From contig JBMSKF010000002.1 in assembly GCA_049419605.1 (NCBI GenBank), positions 26,026 through 90,025 on the forward strand: a stretch of 64,000 bases of DNA. Direction: 5' to 3'. A program made the translations under genes and the position numbers. Source of the stretch: Bacilli bacterium (lineage in GTDB: Bacteria; Bacillota_I; Bacilli_A; RFN20; CAG-826). The notes beneath the pieces were generated by a model that saw nothing but the letters and a program-made list of their open reading frames with translations, had not been told where the DNA came from and did no database searches. Shown here piece by piece: positions 40,401 through 50,554 of the stretch; within the stretch, counting starts at the first letter, position 1; every line of letters begins with the position of its first letter.

Positions 40401-40408
40401 TTTAAGAT

Positions 40409-41062
40409 TTATTTAACGTCGTAAGCGTCTTTGAAGAATAAGGCTCTTGCTGTTTGGTGCCAAGCACTTACCCAAATAGCTAAAATCCCAAATGTGAATA
40501 AGGATAATAAATACCAACCTAAGTAGCCTAAATCAAGCATGAATAATTGCATTTTTTTGCCATCCATCAGTTGTCTTGATTTTGTAATCGCGTCAACGGG
40601 TCCTAAATTTTTTTCATTCACAAGCAAGTAAGACGCCATCGCATAACTATAGGCTTTAATGATTCCAGGAATGATAAATAATAAAGTCCATAACCCAAGG
40701 AATAAACCACTAATTACACTCAACAAAGGAGCATTGACTGGTTGTTCTTTAACACCCGCAGTTAGGATGGGTTCAAATTCTGGATTTTCATTTTTTGCAA
40801 CACCGATAAACATTTTGGTGAAGCTATAGGTTACATATCCACCAAGGGCGACTGCGATTAAATTAAACAATTGAGCTAAAGCAGGATTACCCGGATCAAT
40901 CACATTAAATGTTCCCTCTTCGAGAACAGGAGCAAAGCTAGATCCAATCCCGGTTACAACACCAAGAATTGAGGAAAAAATTAATCCGATTAGGAAAATA
41001 TTGAGTATTTTTCCTTTTGCTAATGAACGACCTTCGCGACGATATTCACTATTTTTTTTCAT
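40409..41062 (-). CDS. DUF975-like integral membrane protein
   Basis: 217 aa with 4-5 TM helices and an N-terminus 'YRREGRSLAKGKILNIFLIGLIF' as in DUF975 proteins. The call is tentative. Confidence 0.6.
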   Translation of the reverse strand: MKKNSEYRREGRSLAKGKILNIFLIGLIFSSILGVVTGIGSSFAPVLEEGTFNVIDPGNPALAQLFNLIAVALGGYVTYSFTKMFIGVAKNENPEFEPILTAGVKEQPVNAPLLSVISGLFLGLWTLLFIIPGIIKAYSYAMASYLLVNEKNLGPVDAITKSRQLMDGKKMQLFMLDLGYLGWYLLSLFTFGILAIWVSAWHQTARALFFKDAYDVK

Positions 41063-41113
41063 AATGACCTCTTTCTAATATTTAAAATAACACAGAATGA
41101 AATTGTTACAACA

Positions 41114-41545
41114 TTATTCTAAAGTTAATTTAAATTTTTCTAATTGTTTCTTTGCATCATTGCTTATACTTTGTGATTTTTTGGTTTGGTGACTGACTTG
41201 CACGACAATCGTTTCAGAGGTTGCGACTAGTTTTTCATTTTGATATAAACATGCTCCAATCACCAACGAACTATCTCCAATTCTTATAATTCCGGTTCCA
41301 ATATCAACTTTACCCGGCCAGTGAATCTCGTTTAATAGATCGATGGTTACTTTTGCTACAACAAACGAACAATTCTCTGAAAGAATACCTTGGTCTTCTC
41401 CATACAATAATTCAACCCGTCCTGTTTCAAAATAGGTGCCAAAGACAGCGTTATTAATATGACCTTGGCGATCAGTGTCTCGATAACGAATTTTATCGAA
41501 CGTGATTGAAGGAAAATCTTTTAACATCAATTCTTTTAATCTCAT
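41114..41545 (-). CDS. Acyl-CoA thioesterase (hotdog fold, 4HBT/YbgC-like)
   Basis: 'RYRDTDRQGHINNAVFGTYFETGRVELL' is the 4HBT catalytic region. Confidence 0.8.
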   Translation of the reverse strand: MRLKELMLKDFPSITFDKIRYRDTDRQGHINNAVFGTYFETGRVELLYGEDQGILSENCSFVVAKVTIDLLNEIHWPGKVDIGTGIIRIGDSSLVIGACLYQNEKLVATSETIVVQVSHQTKKSQSISNDAKKQLEKFKLTLE

Positions 41546-41619
41546 AAGCTTACCTCTACTTAAGCATAAACGATTTCTAAAACGATAGAATAGGATATGA
41601 TATTATTCGAGGACAATTT

Positions 41620-42015
41620 ATGAAAACTGATAACGTAAAACTAGAATTCTCTAATACATTTGTTGGATCAATGTCATCGCCAAGTGGACGGGTCGTCTTG
41701 GGTCAACAACCCGATGGAATGGCACCTTATCACTTACTTTATGGTGCTGTTGGTTCATGCTTTTATTCTACTTTTTTAAGTGTTGCCAATAAGAAACGTC
41801 TTACATTTAAAGATGCTTCTCTTGAAGTGAGTGGTGTAAAACGCGACACAATTCCTGCTACCTTGGAATATTTAAAAATTGAATTGACGATTCGTGGCGG
41901 TTCTAATGAGGACCAACTTAAAGAATCTGCAGAATTAGGTGCAAAATATTGCTCAATTCACGAAACGATTAGTAAGGTTGCTAAAATAGATTTAGTCGTA
42001 AAGTTTGAATCTTAA
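41620..42015 (+). CDS. OsmC-family peroxiredoxin-like protein
   Basis: Two conserved cysteines in 'GAVGSCFYSTF' and 'KYCSIHETI'. Confidence 0.8.
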   Translation: MKTDNVKLEFSNTFVGSMSSPSGRVVLGQQPDGMAPYHLLYGAVGSCFYSTFLSVANKKRLTFKDASLEVSGVKRDTIPATLEYLKIELTIRGGSNEDQLKESAELGAKYCSIHETISKVAKIDLVVKFES

Positions 42016-43346
42016 TGGATTTACCCAAGTTATTTATCCAACGCGTTGAAAAACAAATAGGGAATGAACAAATTCCCTTTTTTCTTCATGCGATGAAACA
42101 ACCCCCCATCGAATCCATTCGCATTCAAAAACCCCTATCTCAACTAACCAAACTTCACTTACATGATCCGATTCCGTGGCACTCACAAGGTTATTATGTA
42201 GCACCTTCAACCCTACACGGTCATCATCCTTATCACCACGCTGGAGCATTTTATTTCCAAGAAGCTTCCGCGATGGCAGTCATCCCCATGCTTGATATTC
42301 AACCCAAAGATGTCGTTTTAGACATGGCTGCAGCACCTGGCAGTAAATCAACAGATATTGCGAGTCGATTAGGCCCACAAGGATTTCTGATTGCCAACGA
42401 TATTGATGGAAGAAGAGCACAAACTTTAATGTATAACGTTGAAAGACTTGGATTAAATCAAGTGATTGTCACACATCATGACCCCCATCATCTACCAACA
42501 TTATTTCCAAACTTTTTTGACAAAATTCTTGTGGATGCTCCTTGTAGTGGTGAGGGAATGTTTCGTAAAGATCCTAACGCAATGGAGTCTTGGTCGGTTG
42601 AACACGTAGAAACTTGTGCAACTCGGCAACAATATCTTCTTGAAGAAGCGGTTAAATTACTCAAACCTGGAGGCCGAATCGTCTATTCAACCTGCACTTT
42701 TTCTCCAGAAGAAAATGAAAAACTAATTGAAGCATTTCTTATTCAACATCATGACTTTAAGTTAATACACCACCCATTACAACAACACTTCGATGCACGT
42801 TCAACCTTGGGAATTGGTGTGAAATTATGGCCACACCTTGTGAAAGGTGAAGGTCATTATATTGCGATTTTACAACACCAAGGCGAACACGTTAACTCAT
42901 TAAAATTTACACACCGGATGAGAAACCCTATGCCACCTGCTTGGAAACGGTTCGCAGAAGAAACGCTGATGAATCCATCAATAGAACCCAACTTTGTTTA
43001 CGAAGAAAGATTATTTCAAATTCCCACATCTTATCAATATCATGCAGCCCTTCACACATTAAGAGCAGGTGTATATTTCGGTGATATAGAAAAGAACATC
43101 TTTTATCCCTCGCATCATTTGGCCCATACATTGCGACCTGAAGATGTAAAACAACACCTCAATCTAACACTTGAAGATCCTCGCTTACCTCAATATTTAC
43201 AAGGTGAAGAAATCCATGCTGATATAGAAAAAGGATGGGTGTTAATCTCTGTGGATGGTTTTTCACTTGGATGGGGAAAAGCTTCACAAGGTAGAATCAA
43301 GAACCATTATCCGAAAGCACTCCGATTAGCGAATACTCGAAAATAA
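42015..43346 (+). CDS. rRNA cytosine-C5 methyltransferase, RsmF/RsmB (NOL1/NOP2/Sun) family
   Basis: 'DMAAAPGSKST', 'DAPCSGEGMFRKDP' and 'YSTCTFSPEENE'. Confidence 0.88.
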   Translation: MDLPKLFIQRVEKQIGNEQIPFFLHAMKQPPIESIRIQKPLSQLTKLHLHDPIPWHSQGYYVAPSTLHGHHPYHHAGAFYFQEASAMAVIPMLDIQPKDVVLDMAAAPGSKSTDIASRLGPQGFLIANDIDGRRAQTLMYNVERLGLNQVIVTHHDPHHLPTLFPNFFDKILVDAPCSGEGMFRKDPNAMESWSVEHVETCATRQQYLLEEAVKLLKPGGRIVYSTCTFSPEENEKLIEAFLIQHHDFKLIHHPLQQHFDARSTLGIGVKLWPHLVKGEGHYIAILQHQGEHVNSLKFTHRMRNPMPPAWKRFAEETLMNPSIEPNFVYEERLFQIPTSYQYHAALHTLRAGVYFGDIEKNIFYPSHHLAHTLRPEDVKQHLNLTLEDPRLPQYLQGEEIHADIEKGWVLISVDGFSLGWGKASQGRIKNHYPKALRLANTRK

Positions 43347-44753
43347 CGATAAATAAAGTTGACTAGCATGTCCCCAATCGTGATTGGATTGATAAGCATT
43401 TAATTGTAGTTTCTTCAGTAGAGGTTTTTGTTCAAATATCTCCATTGCTTGCTGCATCGCCCATCCTAAAGAATCACCGGTGTAATGTAAAAAACTAAAA
43501 CCCGTTGCTTGGTCCCCGTGGACTGCATAACCTTTTACCGTATCCACTAAACCACCCGTTTCTCTTACCAAGGGTAACGTGCCATAACGCATTGCAATCA
43601 TCTGGGAAATACCACATGGTTCAAAGAGTGATGGCATTAAAAAGAAATCGCTACTTGCATAGATTTGGTGGGCAATAGGATTGTTATAACCTAAAATCAC
43701 GCGTACAGCCTTAGGATATTTAGACTCAAAAGCTTTTAAACGATGTTCTAATTCCATCTCACCTGCACCTAAAAAAATAAATTTTGCACCTCGATGAACG
43801 AAGTGGTCTAAATTATCTAAGATAAGATGAATTCCTTTTTGAAATGTTAGTCGACTAACCAAACCAAACAATGGATATTGAGGGTGTTCTAAATCAAACA
43901 TCTTAAATAAATGCTCTTTGTTTTTATCTTTGTTAAGTTGTAGAGTTTGCGGTTGAATGGGGTTAAACAAATGCGGATCCTGAATAGGGTGCCATTCATC
44001 CGTATCAATTCCGTTGAGAATGCCAACGAATTTATCGCGATATAAATGTAAAATCGAATCGAGACCAAAACTACCTTCCCTGGTTAATAGTTCTTTTGCG
44101 TGAGTAGGTGAAACCGTGGTAATTCGATCTGCATAGACTAAACCCGCTTTTAAAGTTGAAGCTTGGTCTTGAAACCGTAACGTCCCATTTTCATATAATT
44201 GTTGACTAAGGCCGTAAAAATCTTCAATGAGATTAGGTGAAAATTCACCATGGAAAGCAGGACTATGGATGGTCATAACAAATTTCATGTTTTGATAAAA
44301 GCGATTACCTTTATCTAGTTCTCGAATTAAAACAGGTAACATTCCGGTCGGCCAATCATGAAGATGAACTACATCAGCTTGAAAGCCTACGACAGGCATC
44401 ATGTGGCGAACTGCATGTACAAAAGCTGCCCAACGTTCGTGTTCATCGGGATAACCATATACACCATCGCGATCAAAATAATATGAGGCATCTGTAAAGT
44501 AATAGGTAATGCCATCAATGTTGGTAGTGAGTAAACTTACTGTGTGTTTTCTCCAAGAAAGAAAAACATCAATGTGTCCTATAAATTGAATCGGATATTT
44601 AGTTTGATATCGTAAACTTTTATAAAAGGGTATGACGATCGCGACCTCTTGCCCCTTTTTAACAAAAGCTTTCGCAAGACTATAAACCACATCACCCAAT
44701 CCACCAACCTTGATTAACGGGTTGGCTTCAGAAGCGACCATTAAAATCTTCAT
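43326..44753 (-). CDS. glgA: Glycogen synthase (ADP-glucose type)
   Basis: N-terminal 'MKILMVASEANPLIKVGGLGDVV' and the late 'PSLFEPCGISQM' motif. Confidence 0.93.
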   Translation of the reverse strand: MKILMVASEANPLIKVGGLGDVVYSLAKAFVKKGQEVAIVIPFYKSLRYQTKYPIQFIGHIDVFLSWRKHTVSLLTTNIDGITYYFTDASYYFDRDGVYGYPDEHERWAAFVHAVRHMMPVVGFQADVVHLHDWPTGMLPVLIRELDKGNRFYQNMKFVMTIHSPAFHGEFSPNLIEDFYGLSQQLYENGTLRFQDQASTLKAGLVYADRITTVSPTHAKELLTREGSFGLDSILHLYRDKFVGILNGIDTDEWHPIQDPHLFNPIQPQTLQLNKDKNKEHLFKMFDLEHPQYPLFGLVSRLTFQKGIHLILDNLDHFVHRGAKFIFLGAGEMELEHRLKAFESKYPKAVRVILGYNNPIAHQIYASSDFFLMPSLFEPCGISQMIAMRYGTLPLVRETGGLVDTVKGYAVHGDQATGFSFLHYTGDSLGWAMQQAMEIFEQKPLLKKLQLNAYQSNHDWGHASQLYLSLFSSIR

Positions 44754-45865
44754 TAAAGTTTTTCTCCCTGTTTAATATAAAGAACGGAATCTTTACCTGC
44801 AAGAAGTTTTGTTTTTTCTACCTTCACGTATTTATCAACAATGGCTTGTTGAATGATGACATCTTTGCCAACTTTGGTATCCGTAAAAATAATGGCATTT
44901 TCAATACGGGATCCTTCTTCAATGACAACATTTCGAGAAATAATAGAATTGATGACGGTCCCATTTATTTTTGCACCGTTGGCAATCATACTATTTTTGA
45001 CAATCGCGTTTGCCCCATAGCTGGCTGGAGGTGTGTTATTAGATACGGTGTAAATAGGCCAATCTTCAAGGAATACCTTGTTGCGAAATTCAAAGTCCAG
45101 AAATTCCATTGAGTTTTCAAAGTAAGCATCTAGACTATCAAATGCTCTCAAATAACCATTTAATTTATATGTACCAAACGTTAAACCGTCTTGAACCAAC
45201 AAATATCGAATCAACTCTTTGATACCAAACGTTGCCGAGACTTGAGGTCCAAGTTCTAACAACCGCATCAAATAATCTTTTGAAAAAATAAAGGTATCAA
45301 GACTGATATCAATTTCATCTTTTGTACCTTGATTTTGAATCAGACTATTTACCCGACCATCTTTTAAAGTCAGCACATCGGAGTATAAAAATTGTTTCTT
45401 CCCTTTTTTAGTTCTGGTATAAATCATAGTTAGGTTTTCTTTATTCTCTAAATGTTGTTGGATGGCAGGACGAAAATCCATGGTATAAAGCAGATCACTT
45501 GGGGCTATGACAATCACATCAGGGCGATGGTCTAGAATCAACCAATCATTCGCCTTTAAGTTATTTAAATCATGATTATATAAAGGATTTAAGGAATGTT
45601 TTTCATTATAAAGAACTTGTTCAAAACCAAGTTTAGTGTTGTTGTTAAAAACATTGGTGGAACCTAAATGTTTCATAATAGAACGAGGCTGAGTCTCAAT
45701 TAAGATCCCTACTTTGTCAATGCCGGAATTTGAAAAATTGGATAATGTAAAATCCATTAATGCATATCGACCTAAAAAACTCGTTGATCCTAACGGGCGA
45801 TTTTCAGTTAAAGGTCCTAAACTCTTATTCCCATGAAGATTGCAAAAACCCATGATTTTCGCCAT
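44753..45865 (-). CDS. glgD: Glucose-1-phosphate adenylyltransferase regulatory subunit GlgD
   Basis: A GlgC paralog lacking the 'GGxGxRL' loop, with a C-terminal left-handed beta-helix. It follows the Firmicutes glgC-glgD-glgA order. Confidence 0.85.
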   Translation of the reverse strand: MAKIMGFCNLHGNKSLGPLTENRPLGSTSFLGRYALMDFTLSNFSNSGIDKVGILIETQPRSIMKHLGSTNVFNNNTKLGFEQVLYNEKHSLNPLYNHDLNNLKANDWLILDHRPDVIVIAPSDLLYTMDFRPAIQQHLENKENLTMIYTRTKKGKKQFLYSDVLTLKDGRVNSLIQNQGTKDEIDISLDTFIFSKDYLMRLLELGPQVSATFGIKELIRYLLVQDGLTFGTYKLNGYLRAFDSLDAYFENSMEFLDFEFRNKVFLEDWPIYTVSNNTPPASYGANAIVKNSMIANGAKINGTVINSIISRNVVIEEGSRIENAIIFTDTKVGKDVIIQQAIVDKYVKVEKTKLLAGKDSVLYIKQGEKL

Positions 45866-45867
45866 AA

Positions 45868-46974
45868 CTATTTATTTACCAACGCAATGTTGGCACCTCC
45901 ATTCACCGAGGTTTCTACTTTAATTTTGGGTGAAACAATAACACGCTTTAAGACACATCCACTTTTAATGATGGCGCCAGGCATGATGACAGAATCAATG
46001 ACACTTGCCCCTTCTTCGATGAGGACATCGTGGAAGATAACGCTATGATCAACCGAACCAAAAATAACTGCACCTTGGTTAATAAGCGCGTTTTTGATTT
46101 TTGCTTTTTCGCCTAAATATTGAGGTAGACTCCTTGTATCTTCGGTAAAAAGTTTCAAATCATCATTTTGTAATAAACTTTTTGCTTCTTCACGATCAAG
46201 CAAATCCATGTTTGCTTCCCATAGAGATTCAATCGTTCCAACATCTCGCCAATAACCTTCAAAAGGAAAGGCAAGTATTTTTCTTTTTTGCTTTAGTAAT
46301 GATGGGATAATATTTTTTCCAAAATCATGTTCTGATGTCTCATCTTTTGCATCATTCATTAAGGCTAGCCGTAATTCTTTATAGTTAAAAATATATATAC
46401 CCATCGATGCAAGTGTAGATTTAGGTTGAGTTGGTTTTTCATCAAATTGAGTCACGAAATTATCCTTATCAACTGACATAATGCCAAAACGCGAAGCTTC
46501 CTTTTTATCAACATTAATAACCGCAACCGTTAAATCAGCATGACTTTTTTTGTGTGCATCTAACATGGTTTGGTAATTCATTCTATAAATATGATCTCCC
46601 GAAAGAATGAGCACATAACTCGGTTTGAGATTATCTAAGAAATCAATGTTTTGATAAATTGCATCTGCAGTCCCTTTATACCAAACGTTACCTTCTTCGG
46701 TTTGTCTAGGTGGTAATGTTGCGGTTAATGAATGGATTCCATTAAGACCCCATTTTTCACCATTACCTATATAGGTATTTAACAAAATCGATTCATATTG
46801 AGTAAGAACACCAACGGTATCGATGCCACTGTTGGCGCAATTGGAAAGAGGAAAATCAATAATGCGATATTTACCCCCAAAGCTAACAGCAGGTTTTGCA
46901 ATCTTTTTTGTTAGGGTTTCAAGGCGCGTCCCTTTACCACCCGCTAACAACATGGCTACTAATTCTTTTTCCAA
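45868..46974 (-). CDS. glgC: Glucose-1-phosphate adenylyltransferase
   Basis: 'LAGGKGTRLETLTKKIAKPAV' and 'GTADAIYQN'. Confidence 0.93.
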   Translation of the reverse strand: MEKELVAMLLAGGKGTRLETLTKKIAKPAVSFGGKYRIIDFPLSNCANSGIDTVGVLTQYESILLNTYIGNGEKWGLNGIHSLTATLPPRQTEEGNVWYKGTADAIYQNIDFLDNLKPSYVLILSGDHIYRMNYQTMLDAHKKSHADLTVAVINVDKKEASRFGIMSVDKDNFVTQFDEKPTQPKSTLASMGIYIFNYKELRLALMNDAKDETSEHDFGKNIIPSLLKQKRKILAFPFEGYWRDVGTIESLWEANMDLLDREEAKSLLQNDDLKLFTEDTRSLPQYLGEKAKIKNALINQGAVIFGSVDHSVIFHDVLIEEGASVIDSVIMPGAIIKSGCVLKRVIVSPKIKVETSVNGGANIALVNK

Positions 46975-47055
46975 AGAATCTCACCTCATTCTTTAACGTT
47001 ATTTTACCACGAAGGTGAAAAGTTAAATCGCCCCATCCGTGATAAGATAAAAACA

Positions 47056-48114
47056 ATGAAAATTAAACCGTTTTTTTTGGTTTCAATTATCTGTGTATTT
47101 GGGATGACCTCATTACTTTTTTCGCCTTTTTTATTTCGGTTAATTGAGGTTCGTGTAGGTACACCAGAAGTTTTATTAACTGCCGCAGAGAGAAATGCAC
47201 TTAATCTACACACGTGGCCAGATGGGAATATTGGCATCATTAAGAACGATGAAACCTATACTTTTTATGGAACCAATGGTGGTTTATTATCCAAAACTTC
47301 AGGAACTATTGGCAACCCAACCAATCAAGTTTTTTATACAAATCGCACAATTCAAGGCCTAAAAGAAAACTACAATTATGCCGGTGGTGGACCGGTGTTT
47401 AAAGCGGGTGAATATTTGTTTATGTTTTATCATGCTGAATATCATCCGAATCAGAACTTCCAACAATTTTATAGCACTATTGGTATTGCATACTCTTCTG
47501 ATGAAGGTGAAACGTTTTACGACTTAGGAAAGATTATTCAAACTCGCTATGTTTTAAATGAAGACGATCCCGTCGCGGTTGAAATGACGGGGGCTCCATT
47601 TTTCATCCAGGATGATTATATTTTTGTTTTTTTCCGTGATACCATCACCACTTTTCAACAAAATAATTTAGCGGTCGCTAGATGTTCAATCACCAATTTA
47701 CTTCTTGCCATTACCCAAAATGAAACGCCAAACTTTTCCAAATATTTTCAAGGAAGTTTTACTGAACCCGGGCTTAGAGGTAAATCATCAGCTCTAGAAT
47801 TTTTAAATGGAAACATTCGTTGGTTTGATGTTGGTTTCGATAGCAAAAAAAATCAATATGTACTTGTTTTTGTAGATGATACTATCATTGGTCAAAATCT
47901 GTATTTGATGTTTTCCCAAGACCTATTTCATTGGGGTCCTAGAATTAATCTTACGTTTCGGTCTGGTGAAATATTTTATCCCACATTAATTGGGCAAGAA
48001 CATAACCCCAAATATTCCAATGGGTCGTGGTGGATTTATTATACGTATTCAGCGTTAGGTTCTTGGTCAAGGTGGCAAGATGCAAACTTAGAAAGATTGG
48101 AAATCACCCTATGA
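47056..48114 (+). CDS. Signal-anchored protein with an Asp-box (BNR), probable beta-propeller / glycosidase-like fold
   Basis: An N-terminal TM helix and an Asp-box 'SSDEGETF' (SxDxGxTF). The fold and function are not established. Confidence 0.6.
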   Translation: MKIKPFFLVSIICVFGMTSLLFSPFLFRLIEVRVGTPEVLLTAAERNALNLHTWPDGNIGIIKNDETYTFYGTNGGLLSKTSGTIGNPTNQVFYTNRTIQGLKENYNYAGGGPVFKAGEYLFMFYHAEYHPNQNFQQFYSTIGIAYSSDEGETFYDLGKIIQTRYVLNEDDPVAVEMTGAPFFIQDDYIFVFFRDTITTFQQNNLAVARCSITNLLLAITQNETPNFSKYFQGSFTEPGLRGKSSALEFLNGNIRWFDVGFDSKKNQYVLVFVDDTIIGQNLYLMFSQDLFHWGPRINLTFRSGEIFYPTLIGQEHNPKYSNGSWWIYYTYSALGSWSRWQDANLERLEITL

Positions 48115-49469
48115 AATTAAAGCAATTACAACAAGCTTTATATTTGAGCAAAACCTCTAGTCTTGATTTGTATCAAGAAAGTGTTCGTCTCCACCAACAA
48201 CATAAGGATAAAAATGCAATCGGTGCCATTTCCCCCTTGGCAAAAAACCAAGCAAAGCAAGCAGATTTGGAGAGAAAAAAAGGAAATTCAAAAGGTTTAA
48301 TTCAAGGAATTCCAATCCTTATCAAAGATAACATTATGTATGCAGACGGTACCCCAACAACTGCCAATAGTTTTGCACTTAAAGATTTTATTCCTCAAAA
48401 GAGTGCACCAATTGTTGATGCTTTATTGTCTGCTGGTGCAGTAATTCTTGGCAAAGCTAATCTATCTGAATTTGCATACTTTATGGGTGATGAAAAAATG
48501 CCCTCTGGGTATGGATCGATGTACGGCCAAGTGAAACATCCTGTGGATGAAACCATCGACCCTTATGGTTCAAGTACGGGCAGTGCGGTCGCCGTGGCAC
48601 TTGGGATTGTTCCCGTTGCCATTGGCACAGAAACCAATGGTTCATTGATGGCACCAGCTTTTCAATGCCAAATTGTATCGTTCAAACCAACATTAGGTAT
48701 GGTTTCTCAAACTGGCATTATTCCAATCGCTCCTTCTCAGGATACGGCAGGACCAATGGCAACTTCTGTCTATGATTGTGCGGCCGTCATGGATGTCATT
48801 GCCTTTCAAGATCCTCGTGATGCAAAAACGATGACTATCCAAAGACCGCTTAGTTTTGTTGAAAGCCTTGCCCTTCCCCTCAATAAAAAAAGAATTGCTC
48901 ACGTATATTTTTCTAACCAACCTTACGATGAACATGAACGTCATGTACTCGAGCACAGTAAGAAAAATTGGTTATCAATGGGACACGAGGTCATTGATAT
49001 GACAATTCACTTACCACCTCTAGATAACTATCCAACCTTATTGAGAGAATTTAAAGTTTCACTCAATCAATTTTTAAAAACCTATCATCTTCCGAAAGTA
49101 CCTCAATCATTACATGACATTATTCAATTCAACAATCAACATCCCGAAAGGTGCTTAAAATATGGTCAATCAACATTGCTTGCAAGTGAGCAAATGCCTG
49201 ACCAACTTGACGTTACTTACCAAAACTTATTTCAAAACCTGCAAAATGAGGCACGCCAATTCCAAGACATGCTTGTTCAACACAATTTAGATGCATTGAT
49301 TACACCAACTTGGTTAGGTTTTGCACCTATATATGGAAACCCTTCATTATGTTTACCCATGGGTTATGTTAATAAAAAACCAACAGGGTTAGTTTTGGTT
49401 GGAAAACTTGGTCACGATCAAGAACTACTACAATTAGGGCATGCTTATTTTAATAAAAGTATTATCTAG
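48111..49469 (+). CDS. Amidase-signature family amidase
   Basis: 'GIPILIKDN' (Lys) and 'GSSTGSAVAVA' (Ser-Ser). The ATG at 48111 overlaps the upstream stop (ATGA). Confidence 0.85.
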   Translation: MKLKQLQQALYLSKTSSLDLYQESVRLHQQHKDKNAIGAISPLAKNQAKQADLERKKGNSKGLIQGIPILIKDNIMYADGTPTTANSFALKDFIPQKSAPIVDALLSAGAVILGKANLSEFAYFMGDEKMPSGYGSMYGQVKHPVDETIDPYGSSTGSAVAVALGIVPVAIGTETNGSLMAPAFQCQIVSFKPTLGMVSQTGIIPIAPSQDTAGPMATSVYDCAAVMDVIAFQDPRDAKTMTIQRPLSFVESLALPLNKKRIAHVYFSNQPYDEHERHVLEHSKKNWLSMGHEVIDMTIHLPPLDNYPTLLREFKVSLNQFLKTYHLPKVPQSLHDIIQFNNQHPERCLKYGQSTLLASEQMPDQLDVTYQNLFQNLQNEARQFQDMLVQHNLDALITPTWLGFAPIYGNPSLCLPMGYVNKKPTGLVLVGKLGHDQELLQLGHAYFNKSII

Positions 49470-49502
49470 GTGTTTTAATGTAAATTATCATAAAATTAAC
49501 TT

Positions 49503-50549
49503 ATGAATGATTTAAAAAACCTTACTACCCCTATTCCCACTCGTTGGGTTGGTCCTCTCCATTTTGCCAATGTATCCACCCTTGGCAATCGGCAAACGAT
49601 AAGCCCAACTCAAGTTCCCTTAGCAACTTTAGAAACGACTTTGTTTTTTTCAGTTGCAAGAGGAAGTAAAGCAATCACTGCTGCTGGTGGAGTTAATTCC
49701 ACTCTTCTTAGTGACTCGATGACGAGATCCATTACATTAGAAACAAAAGACGCTGCAGAAGCTTCCGCACTTGGGCAATTTGTCAAAACCAATCTTTCCA
49801 AACTTCAACGTGACATTGTTATGAATGTTAGTCGTTATGCCCAATTACAAACAATTGATGTTTATCAAGTTGCCAACTTAGTTTACCTAAGAATTGCAAT
49901 CTTTTCTGATAATGCCAGCGGTCATAATATGGTGACTTTAGTTGCGGATGCAATTGGCGATTATGTTTTAAATGAATTTAAAAACGCTAAGTATGTCTCG
50001 GTTTCGGGCAATATGTGTGTAGATAAGAAAGTAAGTGTCATCAATGGTTTAAAGGGTCGAGGCAAGCATGTGATTTCCGAAATTACAATTCCGCGACATG
50101 TTGTAGAAGACGTTTTAAAAACAACACCAGAAAAAATTGTTGATCTTAATATTAAGAAAAACCTTTTGGGTTCAATCATGGCAGGATCTGTCCATAGTGC
50201 AAACGCTCATTATGCAAATATGCTTTTAGCAATCTATCTTGCAACAGGTCAAGACGCAGCAAATATCGTCGAAGGTTCACAAGGTATTACTTATGCTGAA
50301 GTTAGAGATAATCAATTATATTTTTCAACGACCATTCCTAATATTATTGTAGGAACTGTTGGCAACGGAAAGAATGAAGTTCATTTTCAAGAAAGATTAG
50401 AAACCATGGGGTGTAAGGGTCCTTCTTCAGGCCAAACATTAGCTCATTTAGTGGGAGCAACGGTGTTAGCAGGAGAACTTTCTCTGCTTGCAGCATTAAC
50501 CAATCCTCACGAACTGATGAAAGCACACACGAGCATAGAAAGAAAATAG
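49503..50549 (+). CDS. HMG-CoA reductase, short class-I-type
   Basis: 348 aa. 'ATLETTLFFSVARGSKA', 'DNASGHNM', 'SGNMCVDKKVSVINGLKGRGKHV', 'GQDAANIVEGSQGIT' and 'GTVGNGK' parallel the class I motifs TTEGCLVAS, DAMGMN, SGNxCxDKK, GQDxAQxVESS and GTVGGGT. Confidence 0.8.
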   Translation: MNDLKNLTTPIPTRWVGPLHFANVSTLGNRQTISPTQVPLATLETTLFFSVARGSKAITAAGGVNSTLLSDSMTRSITLETKDAAEASALGQFVKTNLSKLQRDIVMNVSRYAQLQTIDVYQVANLVYLRIAIFSDNASGHNMVTLVADAIGDYVLNEFKNAKYVSVSGNMCVDKKVSVINGLKGRGKHVISEITIPRHVVEDVLKTTPEKIVDLNIKKNLLGSIMAGSVHSANAHYANMLLAIYLATGQDAANIVEGSQGITYAEVRDNQLYFSTTIPNIIVGTVGNGKNEVHFQERLETMGCKGPSSGQTLAHLVGATVLAGELSLLAALTNPHELMKAHTSIERK

Positions 50550-50554
50550 GAAAG

